A DNA stretch of 57,730 bases, filler included, from Catajapyx aquilonaris (taxonomy: Eukaryota), in the NCBI GenBank assembly GCA_000934665.2. It is 3 parts of 3 records of this genome, joined end to end, with 100 filler letters (N's around TTAATTAATTAA, not from the genome) between each part and the next. Parts side by side here need not be neighbours in the genome. Positions count along the whole stretch, not along the records: positions 38,702 to 57,730 come from JYFJ02006548.1; 2 more parts are not named here. One strand, 5' to 3'. Below, piece by piece: positions 57,270 through 57,730 of the stretch. Position numbers and translations under genes: made by a program. Below the pieces are notes generated by a model. The model saw only the letters and a program-made list of their open reading frames with translations, did no database searches and was not told the DNA's origin. Within the stretch, counting starts at the first letter, position 1, and the number at the start of each line of letters is the position of its first letter.

Positions 57270-57730
57270 GAGTGGCAAGGAGGGGACCGCTTCAACCATC
57301 ACCCTCCGGTACCTGGAGCTGAGCAGCAGGGCCAGCGGTGCGTATTTGTCGAGTTTGAGTTGCCGAGCCGCTTGAAGAGATTCCGGTCTGTTGTCAAAGG
57401 GGGTCGTCACATCGACGATGATGGCAGTATCAGCTCCTTGGGTCAGAAGAAGGTCGGGGCGCAGCGAGCAGCCAGGGAAGACCTGCGGGTTACATCTTTT
57501 GACAGTGAACTTAGCCGAAGCCGCTCGCTTGACCCTCTCCACTACTGAGTCATGCCTCTTTTGGTATGCAACCGAGTGTCGGGCCATGCAATGATCAAGG
57601 ACATGAGGCAATCAACCCAGACTACCACTTCAAGATCTTCGTTCCTCACAGGGCGACGATGAGGTCCTTCGGCACGGAGCCCCGGGAGGAATGACCCGTG
57701 CTCTCGCAGCTGCTTCACCAGGCGCTGGAT
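57270..57730 (-). mobile_element. RLE-type non-LTR retrotransposon fragment (NeSL/Utopia-like C-terminus)
   Basis: LPHVLDHC, RHDSVV, LRPDL, IIVDVTTPF, KLDKY: zinc knuckle remnant plus PD-(D/E)xK endonuclease; runs off the window end. Confidence 0.85.

Noticed and set aside
51709..57730. Intact autonomous transposons or domesticated transposase genes
   Set aside because: All are truncated, frameshifted or chimeric and lack paired TIRs.

Overview
Repeat-rich animal genomic DNA, most likely arthropod/insect; the species cannot be determined from the sequence. Two identical 100-bp N44-TTAATTAATTAA-N44 spacers (19154-19253, 38602-38701) show that the window is three concatenated ~19-kb contigs, so nothing should be inferred across those junctions. 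Contig 1 holds one internal exon of the giant cadherin Fat (+) and a multi-exon orphan gene (-) with 18-aa KS[A/I]LKK and 10-aa Ser-rich repeats. Contig 2 holds seven exons of a bestrophin gene (-, first coding exon missing), deeply nested TEs and a Helitron remnant. Contig 3 is the most interesting. It has a tandemly amplified, apparently non-coding exon/intron array (41.9-46.1 kb, +) with one box H/ACA snoRNA copy per intron. The guide pockets of the best copies match the two conserved 28S rRNA sites guided by yeast snR34 / human SNORA65 (U65). Three copies are structurally intact and two are disrupted by MITEs. Directly downstream is ~12 kb of scrambled TE coding fragments from about eight superfamilies, all on the minus strand, which is the architecture of a uni-strand (flamenco-like) piRNA cluster. 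Many MITEs (hAT, Tc1/mariner, PIF/Harbinger, piggyBac-like, Kolobok-like) and tRNA-derived SINEs are delimited by visible TIRs/TSDs. All calls were made by eye; no database searches were run.
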